This document shows, one piece after another, positions 9,452 through 17,443 of a stretch of 37,661 nucleotides of DNA. The notes beneath the pieces were generated by a model. The model did no database searches. It worked only from the letters and a program-made list of their open reading frames with translations, and was not told where the DNA came from. The position numbers and the translations under genes are program-made. The stretch's first letter is position 1. Each line of letters begins with the position of its first letter. Source of the stretch: an uncultured Chitinophagales bacterium (GTDB lineage Bacteria; Bacteroidota; Rhodothermia; Balneolales; CAYWCV01); the NCBI GenBank assembly GCA_964481355.1, contig CAYZWQ010000003.1, positions 1-37,661 of the forward strand, in the 5' to 3' direction.

Positions 9452-10666
9452 ATGGAAGAGAACATGCAAGATCATGGGAAGACGAAGGAGGAACTGCAGG
9501 CCGAACTTGACGAACTCAAGCGGGCTTATGATGAATTACGCATTAGAGAAGAACGACATCGCCTCCTGACGGACCATACCAGAGACGTCATTTGGACCAT
9601 GAAGATGGATGGCACGATCACCTACATCAGCCCGGCAATTGAGCAAGTCCGCGGGATCACCGTCGAGGAGGCCATGAATCAGACCATCGATCAGATCCAC
9701 CCTCCGGAATCGGCGGCCATCTCAGTGGGATATGTACAAGAATTGTATGCAGATTATATCGCAGGACGTCCTCTCAAAAGTTTTCGCGGGGAACTCGACT
9801 ATTACCGCAAGGATGGCTCCATCTTTCAATCTGAAGTCATTGTACACCCGATACCTGGCAATAGCATGGAGACATTGACGATTCTGGGTGTGACGCGCGA
9901 TATCTCGGAGCGAAAACAATTTGAAGCGAAGCTGCATGAACAAGCCAACATGCTCAAAGAGCTCAACGCCACCAAGGACAAGTTTTTCTCCATCATTGCC
10001 CATGATCTCAGAAGCCCCTTCAACGGAATTCTGGCACTCAGCATCTTGCTGAAGGATGAAGCACATGAACTCGACACGGAATCGGTCAAAGAGTGCGCCA
10101 ACAACATTTACACATCTGCACAGCAGGCGTTCGGATTGTTGGAGAACCTTCTGAACTGGGCGACCACCCAACAGGGCAGATTCCCGTTTTCGCCCGAGAG
10201 ATTTTGCCTGAACGATCTGTTATCCCGCGTGATAGGCCTCTTAAGAACGCTCGCAGAACAAAAGCACATTTCATTGGTTTCCGAAACAAATGATGAGCTC
10301 TTTATTGAGGCCGATAAAAATATGATGGAGACCGTCGTTCGGAACCTGATCTCAAATGCCATTAAATTCACGCACGCCGGCGGATCGATCACCGTACACG
10401 CAATGAAGGGTGTCGATGATGGCACCGAGATCGTAGTATCAGACACGGGCACAGGCATGAACAGGGATACCCTTGAAAATCTTTTCACAATTAAAAAGGG
10501 GCAGACCCTTCCTGGAACTCAAAGTGAGAAGGGCTCGGGTCTTGGTCTGATCATCTGCAAAGAGTTCGTTGAAAGGCACGGTGGGACCATATCGGTTGAC
10601 AGCGAACTGGGCAAGGGAAGCAGCTTCCGTGTTCTGTTGCCAGTGAAGCCAAGCGCTGCTAACTAA
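9452..10666 (+). CDS. PAS-domain sensor histidine kinase (orphan; no adjacent response regulator)
   Basis: N-terminal coiled-coil, then a PAS domain (DVIWTMKMDGTITYISPAIEQVRG...). H-box FFSIIAHDLRSP, N-box RNLISNAIKFT, G1 VSDTGTGM, G2 GSGLGL. ATG at 9452 (alternatives GTG 9434, ATG 9464). Confidence 0.85.
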   Translation: MEENMQDHGKTKEELQAELDELKRAYDELRIREERHRLLTDHTRDVIWTMKMDGTITYISPAIEQVRGITVEEAMNQTIDQIHPPESAAISVGYVQELYADYIAGRPLKSFRGELDYYRKDGSIFQSEVIVHPIPGNSMETLTILGVTRDISERKQFEAKLHEQANMLKELNATKDKFFSIIAHDLRSPFNGILALSILLKDEAHELDTESVKECANNIYTSAQQAFGLLENLLNWATTQQGRFPFSPERFCLNDLLSRVIGLLRTLAEQKHISLVSETNDELFIEADKNMMETVVRNLISNAIKFTHAGGSITVHAMKGVDDGTEIVVSDTGTGMNRDTLENLFTIKKGQTLPGTQSEKGSGLGLIICKEFVERHGGTISVDSELGKGSSFRVLLPVKPSAAN

Positions 10667-10726
10667 TTTATGCGTTTTCTGCCGACACTCCCTACCAGGG
10701 GGTCGGTCCAGATGTTATCTTTACGC

Positions 10727-11026
10727 ATGACGTCCGGCATCCAATACACATTCGCAGCAGAGCTATGGCAGCATGGCGCGCCCGGCGGGTGGCACTTTAT
10801 GTCACTGCCTGCACCAATCTCCAAAGAGATCCGGGACCTCCTGAAATCAAACGAAGAGGGATGGGGGCGGCTGAAAGCCACCGCAAATATCGGCGCCAGC
10901 ACCTGGATGACAGCGATCTGGTTCGACACAAAATTGGAAACGTACATCTTACCGGTCAAGGCCGACGTGCGCCAGGCAGAGGGACTTCGTTCCGGTATGG
11001 CGACGCAGGTCACGGTGTGGGTGTAG
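10727..11026 (+). CDS. DUF1905-family small protein
   Basis: MTSGIQYTFAAELWQHGAPGGWHFMSLP... with GRLKATANIG...WMTAIW and a ~100-aa length fit DUF1905. The longer ORF from 10670 would add an atypical N-terminus. Confidence 0.7.
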   Translation: MTSGIQYTFAAELWQHGAPGGWHFMSLPAPISKEIRDLLKSNEEGWGRLKATANIGASTWMTAIWFDTKLETYILPVKADVRQAEGLRSGMATQVTVWV

Positions 11027-11229
11027 CAGATCGGTGACAATGGTCACGGATGATGTCACCATATGGTGCGTACGTGCTTATATGTCTGAATTTTTTGATC
11101 GGCAGAGATCAGTATTGAATTGAACGATATGGCTGATGCTACAATGATTCGATCAGCTGGATCACCGTGAAAGTGCTCTGGTAACATCGTTGAACGCACG
11201 GCAATGGCGGGGGTGACGCCAATTCTCGA

Positions 11230-12912
11230 TCACCGGTCCCCGAACAGCATCTGCCGGGCGCTGGCCAACGCCGCCTCGGTGATCACGCTTCCGCTCATGA
11301 GCTCGGCGATTTCGTGGATGCGCTCGTCGCCCTCGAGCCGTCGGATACGCGTGAGGGTCCGGTCGGACTCCTCCACCTTTTCGACGCGGTAGTTGTGGTC
11401 GGCCTGGGCTGCAATCTGCGGCTGGTGGGTGATGGCCAGGATCTGGCACGTCTTCGAGAGCTTGCGCATGGATCGGCCCACCATTTCGGACACGCTGCCG
11501 CTGATGCCGGTGTCGATTTCGTCGAAGATCATGACGGGCATGTCATCGTCGAGGGCCAGTACCGATTTGAGCCCGAGCATCACCCGGCTGATTTCGCCAC
11601 CCGATGCGATGCGCGCGAGCGGCTTGAGCTCCTCCCCTTTGTTGGTGGAGATCAGGAAACGCACTGCCCCTGGTCCATGGTCGGCAAACCCTCCAACTGG
11701 GGCGGTATCAACCTCGCCGGGTTCGACGGCCACATGGAAGCGCACGTGGCCCATGCCGAGAAGCGACAGCTCTTGGAGCAGTCTGGCAGACAGCCGTTCG
11801 CCGGCATTTTGTCGGCTCAGGGTGAGCTGTCTGGCAGCCGACCGCAGTGCTTCAAGAGTGGCGGTGCGACGTTTTTCGAGTTTGGAGATCTCCAAGTCGA
11901 ACGACTCCGTCAACTGAAGCTCATCCCTCAACTGCTCACGCAGCATGATGAGCCCGTCCACATCAGTGAGGTACTTCTTTTGAAGCTTGTTGAGATCCGA
12001 CTGCCGCCGTCGGAGCTTCTCGAGCAACGTCGGATTGAAATCGATTCCTTCGGCATAATGGGATGCAAATTTCACGACTTCGTCCACACTCACCCTTGCG
12101 GCCTCAAGTTCGTCCCGATAACCGGCAAATTCGGGTTCGATGTGGGATATAGCCTCGACCTCCCGGATGATCTGCCGCAACAGGTCGACCACGTTGACCT
12201 CGCCCTCGCCGCCGAGGCTCACGATGGCGGCGGCATGCTCGGCGAGATCTTCGGCATGCTCCAGCTTGTTGAGCGATGCGCGTAGCTCCTCCTCTTCACC
12301 CTCCTTGAGGCCGGCTTCATCGAGTTCCTTGAGCTTGAACCGGTTCAGGTCGAGCCGTTCGCGCAGCTCGCGCTCGCGTTCGATGAGTACCCGAAGCTCC
12401 CGCTCGGCCGCAATGGCATCCTTTCGCGCCGACCTGTAAACCTCGATCAGATCGGGATGCTGCGCATACCGGTCGAGAAATATCCGGTGCTGATCTTCCT
12501 TCAACAACAACTGATGCTCGTGCTGGCCGTGAAGGTCCACCAGCATGTCGCCGACCTGGCGCAACACCCCTATGGGGACGGGATGGTCGTTGATAAACGC
12601 GCGGCTGCCATAATCACGCAATTCACGTCGAAGAATGACTATTTTATCGTCATGTTCGATCTCATTCTCTTTTAGAACAGCGCGGATGGCAGGATTCTTG
12701 CCGAGACCGATCACCGCCTCGACCACGGCTTTGGATGTTCCTTTGCGGATGAGGTCCTGATCGGCGCGCTCGCCCAGCACCATGTTCAGGGCCCCGATGA
12801 TGATGGACTTTCCGGCACCTGTCTGACCCGTCAGGATGGACAGTCCCTCGCTGAAGGACACTTCCAAGCGGTCGATGAGTGCGAAGTCCTGGATAAATAG
12901 TTGCTGTATCAC
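11230..12912 (-). CDS. recN: DNA repair protein RecN (SMC-like ATPase)
   Basis: Walker A GQTGAGKS, long coiled-coil middle, signature SGGEISR, Walker B MIFDEIDTGISG. The ORF-track start at 12930 is a TTG. The GTG at 12912 gives (M)IQQLFIQDFALI, the usual RecN N-terminus. Confidence 0.9.
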   Translation of the reverse strand: MIQQLFIQDFALIDRLEVSFSEGLSILTGQTGAGKSIIIGALNMVLGERADQDLIRKGTSKAVVEAVIGLGKNPAIRAVLKENEIEHDDKIVILRRELRDYGSRAFINDHPVPIGVLRQVGDMLVDLHGQHEHQLLLKEDQHRIFLDRYAQHPDLIEVYRSARKDAIAAERELRVLIERERELRERLDLNRFKLKELDEAGLKEGEEEELRASLNKLEHAEDLAEHAAAIVSLGGEGEVNVVDLLRQIIREVEAISHIEPEFAGYRDELEAARVSVDEVVKFASHYAEGIDFNPTLLEKLRRRQSDLNKLQKKYLTDVDGLIMLREQLRDELQLTESFDLEISKLEKRRTATLEALRSAARQLTLSRQNAGERLSARLLQELSLLGMGHVRFHVAVEPGEVDTAPVGGFADHGPGAVRFLISTNKGEELKPLARIASGGEISRVMLGLKSVLALDDDMPVMIFDEIDTGISGSVSEMVGRSMRKLSKTCQILAITHQPQIAAQADHNYRVEKVEESDRTLTRIRRLEGDERIHEIAELMSGSVITEAALASARQMLFGDR

Positions 12913-12919
12913 AGTTGTC

Positions 12920-12958
12920 GCATGTTGCAATGATGGGGGTAGTGGGCGGGCAACATGC
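12920..12958. promoter_or_regulatory. Perfect 9-bp inverted repeat GCATGTTGC-N21-GCAACATGC in the recN/lon divergent spacer (candidate operator or 5'-UTR hairpin)
   Basis: Arms at 12920-12928 and 12950-12958, read directly. The left arm lies 8 nt upstream of the probable recN GTG start. Confidence 0.3.
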
Positions 12959-13056
12959 TAAAGTACGGAACCGTCGGCGATTCAGAAAATCTGATTCCTC
13001 AGGAAATATCCGTATTTTGCCTGTTCGCCTATTGCGAATCTCCGACTAAGTTATCT

Positions 13057-15438
13057 ATGGAATTGATTGACCAAAGCCTGCTCCCACAAATGGCGGATCA
13101 GGAAGTTTCACTCGAATCGCTGCCCGATTCCGTACCCCTCTTGCCCTTGCGCGACTCGGTGGTTTTCCCCCACACTCTCTATCCGATACTGGTAGGGCGC
13201 GACGCAAGCGTGAAGGCCGTCGATGAGGCCATGAACGGCGACCGGCTTGTGATGCTGTGCGCCCAGTTCGACCCCACGTCGGATGAGCCGGGAGTCGACG
13301 ACATCCGCCAAATCGGGACCTTTGGGCAGATCGTTCAAGTGCTCAAACTCCCCAACAACCTAATGAAGGTGTTGGTACGTGGCCTTTCGGTGGCCACCAT
13401 CGAGAAAGTGACGCAGACCGAGCCCTATACGAGGGTAAAGGTGACCCTGCGCCCCACGAAGACGACGACCGGAAAGAAGCTCGACAACCTGATGCGGAAG
13501 GTGAAGGACCGTTTCGGTGCCTATGTGCTCACCAATACCGAGCTTCCCGAGGAGATCCTGCTCAGCTTCGACCATATGGAGGAGCCTGAGAGCCTTATCT
13601 ATTATGTGGCCTCCCACATGGATCTCGACATCACCCAACGGCAGTCGCTCCTTGAGATCTCGAACACGAGCGAACAGCTGGGCTTCCTGTTGGGAATGAT
13701 CAACAGCGAGCTCGAGCTGCTCACGATGACGCAGGAGATCACCGACCGTGTGCAGGAGGAAATGCAGGAAAACCAGCGCAAGTTCTTCATCCAGGAGCAG
13801 ATCAAGATGCTGCAGGACGAACTTGACGAGGATGACTTCGGCGATCCCGAGCAGGTCAAGATCAAGGAGTCGGTCGACAAGCTCGACCTCCCCGACCCCG
13901 TTCGTGCCAAAGCCATCGAGGAGCTAAACCGCCTAAAGAAAACACCGACCATGTCGCCCGAATACAGCGTATCGCGCAACTGGCTCGATTGGCTCATCAG
14001 CTTGCCATGGGGCACCTACACCAAGGACCGCCTCGACATCAAGACGGTCGAGGACGCCCTCAATGCCGAGCACTATGGCATCGAGAAAGCGAAGGAGCGC
14101 ATACTCGAACATATCGCGGTGCTCAACCTGGTACAATCGATGAAGGGGCAGATCCTGTGCTTCGTGGGTCCACCGGGAACAGGCAAGACCTCGCTTGCTA
14201 AGTCGATCGCCAACGCCATTGGCCGCAACATGGTGCGCATCGCACTGGGTGGCGTACACGACGAGGCCGAGATCCGCGGGCATCGTAAAACGTACATTGG
14301 CGCGATGCCGGGACGTATCATCCAGGCCATGAAAAAGTCGGGCAGCATGAATCCCGTGATCATCCTCGACGAAATCGACAAGCTGAGCAACAACTACCAC
14401 GGTGATCCGTCGTCGGCCGTGCTCGAGGTGCTCGATCCGGAACAGAACAACACCTTCGCTGACCATTATATGGACGTGGAGTTCGATTTGTCGCAGGTAA
14501 TGTTCATCACTACTGCCAACGTGGCCAGCGACATCCAGCCCGCCTTGCTCGACCGAATGGAACTCATCAGCCTGCCCGGCTACCTCGAGTACGACAAGCT
14601 GGAAATCGCCAAGAACCACCTTATTCCGAAGCTGTTGACTGCTCACGGCCTCAAGCCGACGCAGACCAAGTTCAAGGATGATGCCATCTTGAAGATCATC
14701 CGCGAGTACACGAGCGAAGCGGGGGTGCGTGCTCTTGAGCAGCAACTGGCCGCCTGTTGCCGCAAGTTGGCCAAGCGCATCGTGCTCGACCGGCAGCGGG
14801 GCGAGAAGACCCGCGCCGTTACCATCAATGCCGCGAAGGTCGTAGAGCTGCTGGGTGTGGAGAAATACCGCGACCGCACGCTCGATCGTCACGATAAAAT
14901 CGGCAGCGTAAATGGTCTCGCATGGACGAGCACCGGCGGAACCGTGCTCGAAATCGATGTGGCGCGCATGAGAGGCAAGAACAAATTCACCTTGACAGGC
15001 CAGCTTGGCGACGTGATGAAGGAATCCGCACAGGCTGCCCTCACCTACATCCGCGCACACAGCGACCATTTCGGGCTGGAGGAGGACTTCTTCGAGAAGA
15101 ATGAGCTCCACATCCATATCCCCGAGGGTGCCATCCCGAAAGATGGCCCGAGCGCCGGCTTGGCCATGGCACTTGCCATGATCTCACTGCTCCGAAACCG
15201 CAAAGTGCGCCACGACGTCGCCATGACCGGCGAAATCACCCTGCGTGGCGAGGTCTATGCCATCGGCGGACTCAACGAGAAGCTGCTCGCGGCACAGCGC
15301 AACAAAATCAAGACGGTGCTCATCCCGTACGACAATCTCAAGGATCTGATCGAAATACCCGAAAAAGTGAAGTCGGGGCTCGAAATCATAGGGGTGAAGA
15401 CCTTAGACGAGGCGATGCCGCATGTCTTCAGAAACTGA
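13057..15438 (+). CDS. lon: ATP-dependent Lon protease (LonA)
   Basis: LON N-domain (LPLLPLRDSVVFPH), AAA+ Walker A GPPGTGKTS, Walker B ILDEIDK, and protease Ser-Lys site KDGPSAG...K. The ATG at 13057 (MELIDQS) is preferred over the ORF-track start at 12955. Confidence 0.93.
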   Translation: MELIDQSLLPQMADQEVSLESLPDSVPLLPLRDSVVFPHTLYPILVGRDASVKAVDEAMNGDRLVMLCAQFDPTSDEPGVDDIRQIGTFGQIVQVLKLPNNLMKVLVRGLSVATIEKVTQTEPYTRVKVTLRPTKTTTGKKLDNLMRKVKDRFGAYVLTNTELPEEILLSFDHMEEPESLIYYVASHMDLDITQRQSLLEISNTSEQLGFLLGMINSELELLTMTQEITDRVQEEMQENQRKFFIQEQIKMLQDELDEDDFGDPEQVKIKESVDKLDLPDPVRAKAIEELNRLKKTPTMSPEYSVSRNWLDWLISLPWGTYTKDRLDIKTVEDALNAEHYGIEKAKERILEHIAVLNLVQSMKGQILCFVGPPGTGKTSLAKSIANAIGRNMVRIALGGVHDEAEIRGHRKTYIGAMPGRIIQAMKKSGSMNPVIILDEIDKLSNNYHGDPSSAVLEVLDPEQNNTFADHYMDVEFDLSQVMFITTANVASDIQPALLDRMELISLPGYLEYDKLEIAKNHLIPKLLTAHGLKPTQTKFKDDAILKIIREYTSEAGVRALEQQLAACCRKLAKRIVLDRQRGEKTRAVTINAAKVVELLGVEKYRDRTLDRHDKIGSVNGLAWTSTGGTVLEIDVARMRGKNKFTLTGQLGDVMKESAQAALTYIRAHSDHFGLEEDFFEKNELHIHIPEGAIPKDGPSAGLAMALAMISLLRNRKVRHDVAMTGEITLRGEVYAIGGLNEKLLAAQRNKIKTVLIPYDNLKDLIEIPEKVKSGLEIIGVKTLDEAMPHVFRN

Positions 15439-16435
15439 ACTTGGCGGCGCCCCTGCCAACACGGAAATGAGGCTCGATGTGCCGCCGGGTCACCGCGAGG
15501 GAACCCGACTGGATGCCTACATCACCCAGTTCGTGCAAAACGCCACCCGAAATAAAGTGCAGGAGGCGATCAAAGCGGGTCATGTAATGGTAAACGGCAG
15601 CATCGAGAAGGCATCCTACAAGGTTAAGGGAAGCGACCGCATCGACATCATGCTGCCCAAACCTCCTCCACCCGAGGCCGTGGCCGAAGACATCCCGCTC
15701 AACATCATCCACGAGGACGAGCATGTGGTGATCATCAACAAGGCCGCGGGCATGGTGGTGCACCCTGCTTTCGGCAACTGGAGCGGCACGCTGGTGAACG
15801 GCCTGATGCACCACCTCGACGACATGGACAGCTTCGACGACGAGGTGATGCGTCCTGGCATCGTTCACCGTCTCGACAAAGACACCAGCGGGATCTTGGT
15901 GGTGGCCAAAAACCCCGAGGTGCTCGCCAAATTGGGAGCCCAATTTGCAGACCACAGCATCGAACGCACCTACTGGTGCATCGTGTGGGGCCAGCCGAGC
16001 GCCGAAGGCACCGTCGATGCACCCATCGGACGCTCGAAACGAGATCGTAAAGTCATGGCCGTTGTAGGACCCGAGGAGGGCAAGCGGGCTGTAACGCACT
16101 ATAAAGTGCTCGAGTATTTCGACCACTTGGCTCTCGTCGAAGTCCGCCTCGAGACGGGCCGCACCCACCAGATTCGAGTCCACATGTCGCACATCAGCCA
16201 TCCCGTGCTGGGCGACACCGTGTACGGGGGCGACCGTATCCGTTATGGGTCGCCGGCTGGAAGCCGCAAGACCTTCTTCGAAAACATCTTTAAACATCTC
16301 GGACGGCAATGCCTGCACGCCAAGACGTTGGGGTTTGTTCACCCGGCGAGCGGCGAGTTCGTCCGTTTCGACAGCGAGCTGCCCGGAGATTTCCGCGATG
16401 CACTCGCCAAGCTACGACAACATTGCAAACCCTGA
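15422..16435 (+). CDS. rluD: RluA-family 23S rRNA pseudouridine synthase (RluD-like, S4 domain plus catalytic domain)
   Basis: S4-like N-terminus (RLDAYITQ...VMVNG), catalytic HRLDKDTSG, and GRTHQIRVH. The ATG at 15422 overlaps the lon 3' end by 17 nt (alternative ATG at 15467). Confidence 0.88.
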   Translation: MSSETELGGAPANTEMRLDVPPGHREGTRLDAYITQFVQNATRNKVQEAIKAGHVMVNGSIEKASYKVKGSDRIDIMLPKPPPPEAVAEDIPLNIIHEDEHVVIINKAAGMVVHPAFGNWSGTLVNGLMHHLDDMDSFDDEVMRPGIVHRLDKDTSGILVVAKNPEVLAKLGAQFADHSIERTYWCIVWGQPSAEGTVDAPIGRSKRDRKVMAVVGPEEGKRAVTHYKVLEYFDHLALVEVRLETGRTHQIRVHMSHISHPVLGDTVYGGDRIRYGSPAGSRKTFFENIFKHLGRQCLHAKTLGFVHPASGEFVRFDSELPGDFRDALAKLRQHCKP

Positions 16436-16439
16436 AACC

Positions 16440-16766
16440 ATGGCGACCAAAAACATCAAGATCACCGTCGAAACCGATGAGCAACATGTACCGTCCAGCA
16501 TCCTTTGGGAGGCCGACGACGCCAAAGGCTTCGACAAGGCCGAATGCCGGGCCATGTTGCTCGCGCTATGGGATCATAACAGCAAAGATACCCTGCGCCT
16601 CGACCTATGGACCCGCAAGATGACCGTCGATGAGATGAAGATCTTCATGCACCGCACCCTGCTCACCATGGCCGACACCATGGAGAAGTCGATCAATGAC
16701 GAGCGCATCGCCGGCGACATGCGCGACTTTTGCGAGTACTTCGCCGACAAGATGGGGATTAAGTAG
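16440..16766 (+). CDS. gldC: Gliding-motility protein GldC homologue
   Basis: 108 aa. LDLWTRKMTVDEMKIF...TLLTMADT...DFCEYFADKMG closely parallels my recollection of Flavobacterium GldC (DLWTKDMPVDEMK...FCDYFAEKL). The ORF-track extension back to 16245 overlaps rluD and is not credible. Confidence 0.8.
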   Translation: MATKNIKITVETDEQHVPSSILWEADDAKGFDKAECRAMLLALWDHNSKDTLRLDLWTRKMTVDEMKIFMHRTLLTMADTMEKSINDERIAGDMRDFCEYFADKMGIK

Positions 16767-17441
16767 CTATTCTTTGCACTTGCATTTCTGGCCAAACTGC
16801 TCACACACAGGGTGGTGTGATGGCTTGGCGAAGCGCGCCTTACAGGCCGCCCTCCCATGCAAAATGAGCAGGTGCGAAAAATTGGTCCACTCATCCTGAG
16901 GGATCAGTGCCATGAGGTCGCGCTCGATTAAGATGGGATTCTCCGACTTGGTGAGTCCGAACCTGTTGGCCAAGCGGTTCACATGGGTGTCGACCACCAC
17001 TCCCACATTAATGCCGTAGGCGTTGCCAAGAACCACATTGGCAGTCTTGCGCGCAGCACCTCTCAGGGTGAGCAGCTCTTCCATGGTGCGTGGCACCTCA
17101 CCCCCGAAACGCTCCATGACTGCTTTGGAGGTTTCGCTGATCGAAAGTGCCTTGTTCCGATAGAATCCGGTCGGCTTCACGATCTCCTCGAGTTCCTCGA
17201 CGGGCGCCTTCGCCATGCTTGCCGCATCAGGATATTCTCTGAACAGGGTCTTGGTGACCATGTTCACGCGCACATCGGTGCACTGCGCACTCAAGATGGT
17301 GGCAATGAGCAACTGAAAGGGCGTTTCGTAGTCGAGCTCGCAATGGGGATTCGGGTAGTACTGATACAGCAGATCGACCAGCTCCTTGGCCCGTTCCTTC
17401 TGCTTAGCGGTCTTCCTGGGCAGTGATTTTTTCTGCGCCAT
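16767..17441 (-). CDS. nth: Endonuclease III (DNA glycosylase/AP lyase)
   Basis: HhH-GPD pattern: LIATILSAQCTD.RVN, LRGAARKTANVVLG, VDTHV.R. The C-terminal Cys cluster has unusual spacing. Its stop codon abuts the gldC stop (TAGCTA). Confidence 0.9.
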   Translation of the reverse strand: MAQKKSLPRKTAKQKERAKELVDLLYQYYPNPHCELDYETPFQLLIATILSAQCTDVRVNMVTKTLFREYPDAASMAKAPVEELEEIVKPTGFYRNKALSISETSKAVMERFGGEVPRTMEELLTLRGAARKTANVVLGNAYGINVGVVVDTHVNRLANRFGLTKSENPILIERDLMALIPQDEWTNFSHLLILHGRAACKARFAKPSHHPVCEQFGQKCKCKE

Positions 17442-17443
17442 GA

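Noticed and set aside
11040-11123. 27-codon ORF (MVTDDVTIWCVRAYMSEFFDRQRSVLN) in the DUF1905-recN spacer
   Set aside because: No SD, no recognisable family, and it overlaps the palindromic region. The evidence is insufficient to call a gene.
11314-12285. 323-aa ORF antisense to recN
   Set aside because: Same reasoning: it is embedded in a well-supported CDS and has no motifs. It is a typical GC-rich shadow ORF.
12955-13056. Lon start at 12955 (MLKYGTVGDSENL...)
   Set aside because: The added 34 residues have no counterpart in Lon N-domains and would consume the divergent promoter region. The ATG at 13057 is preferred, though this is not proven.
13933-15117. 394-aa ORF antisense to lon
   Set aside because: It lies entirely inside the strongly supported lon CDS. 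The product is low-complexity and Arg/Ala/Gly/His-rich, as expected for antisense frames of GC-rich genes, and has no recognisable motifs.
15428-16342. 304-aa ORF antisense to rluD
   Set aside because: A shadow ORF of a gene with clear catalytic motifs. Its composition is biased (H/V/A/G-rich).
16245-16439. N-terminal extension of the gldC ORF back to 16245
   Set aside because: It overlaps the rluD 3' end in another frame. The ATG at 16440 gives the ~108-aa length and N-terminus typical of GldC.
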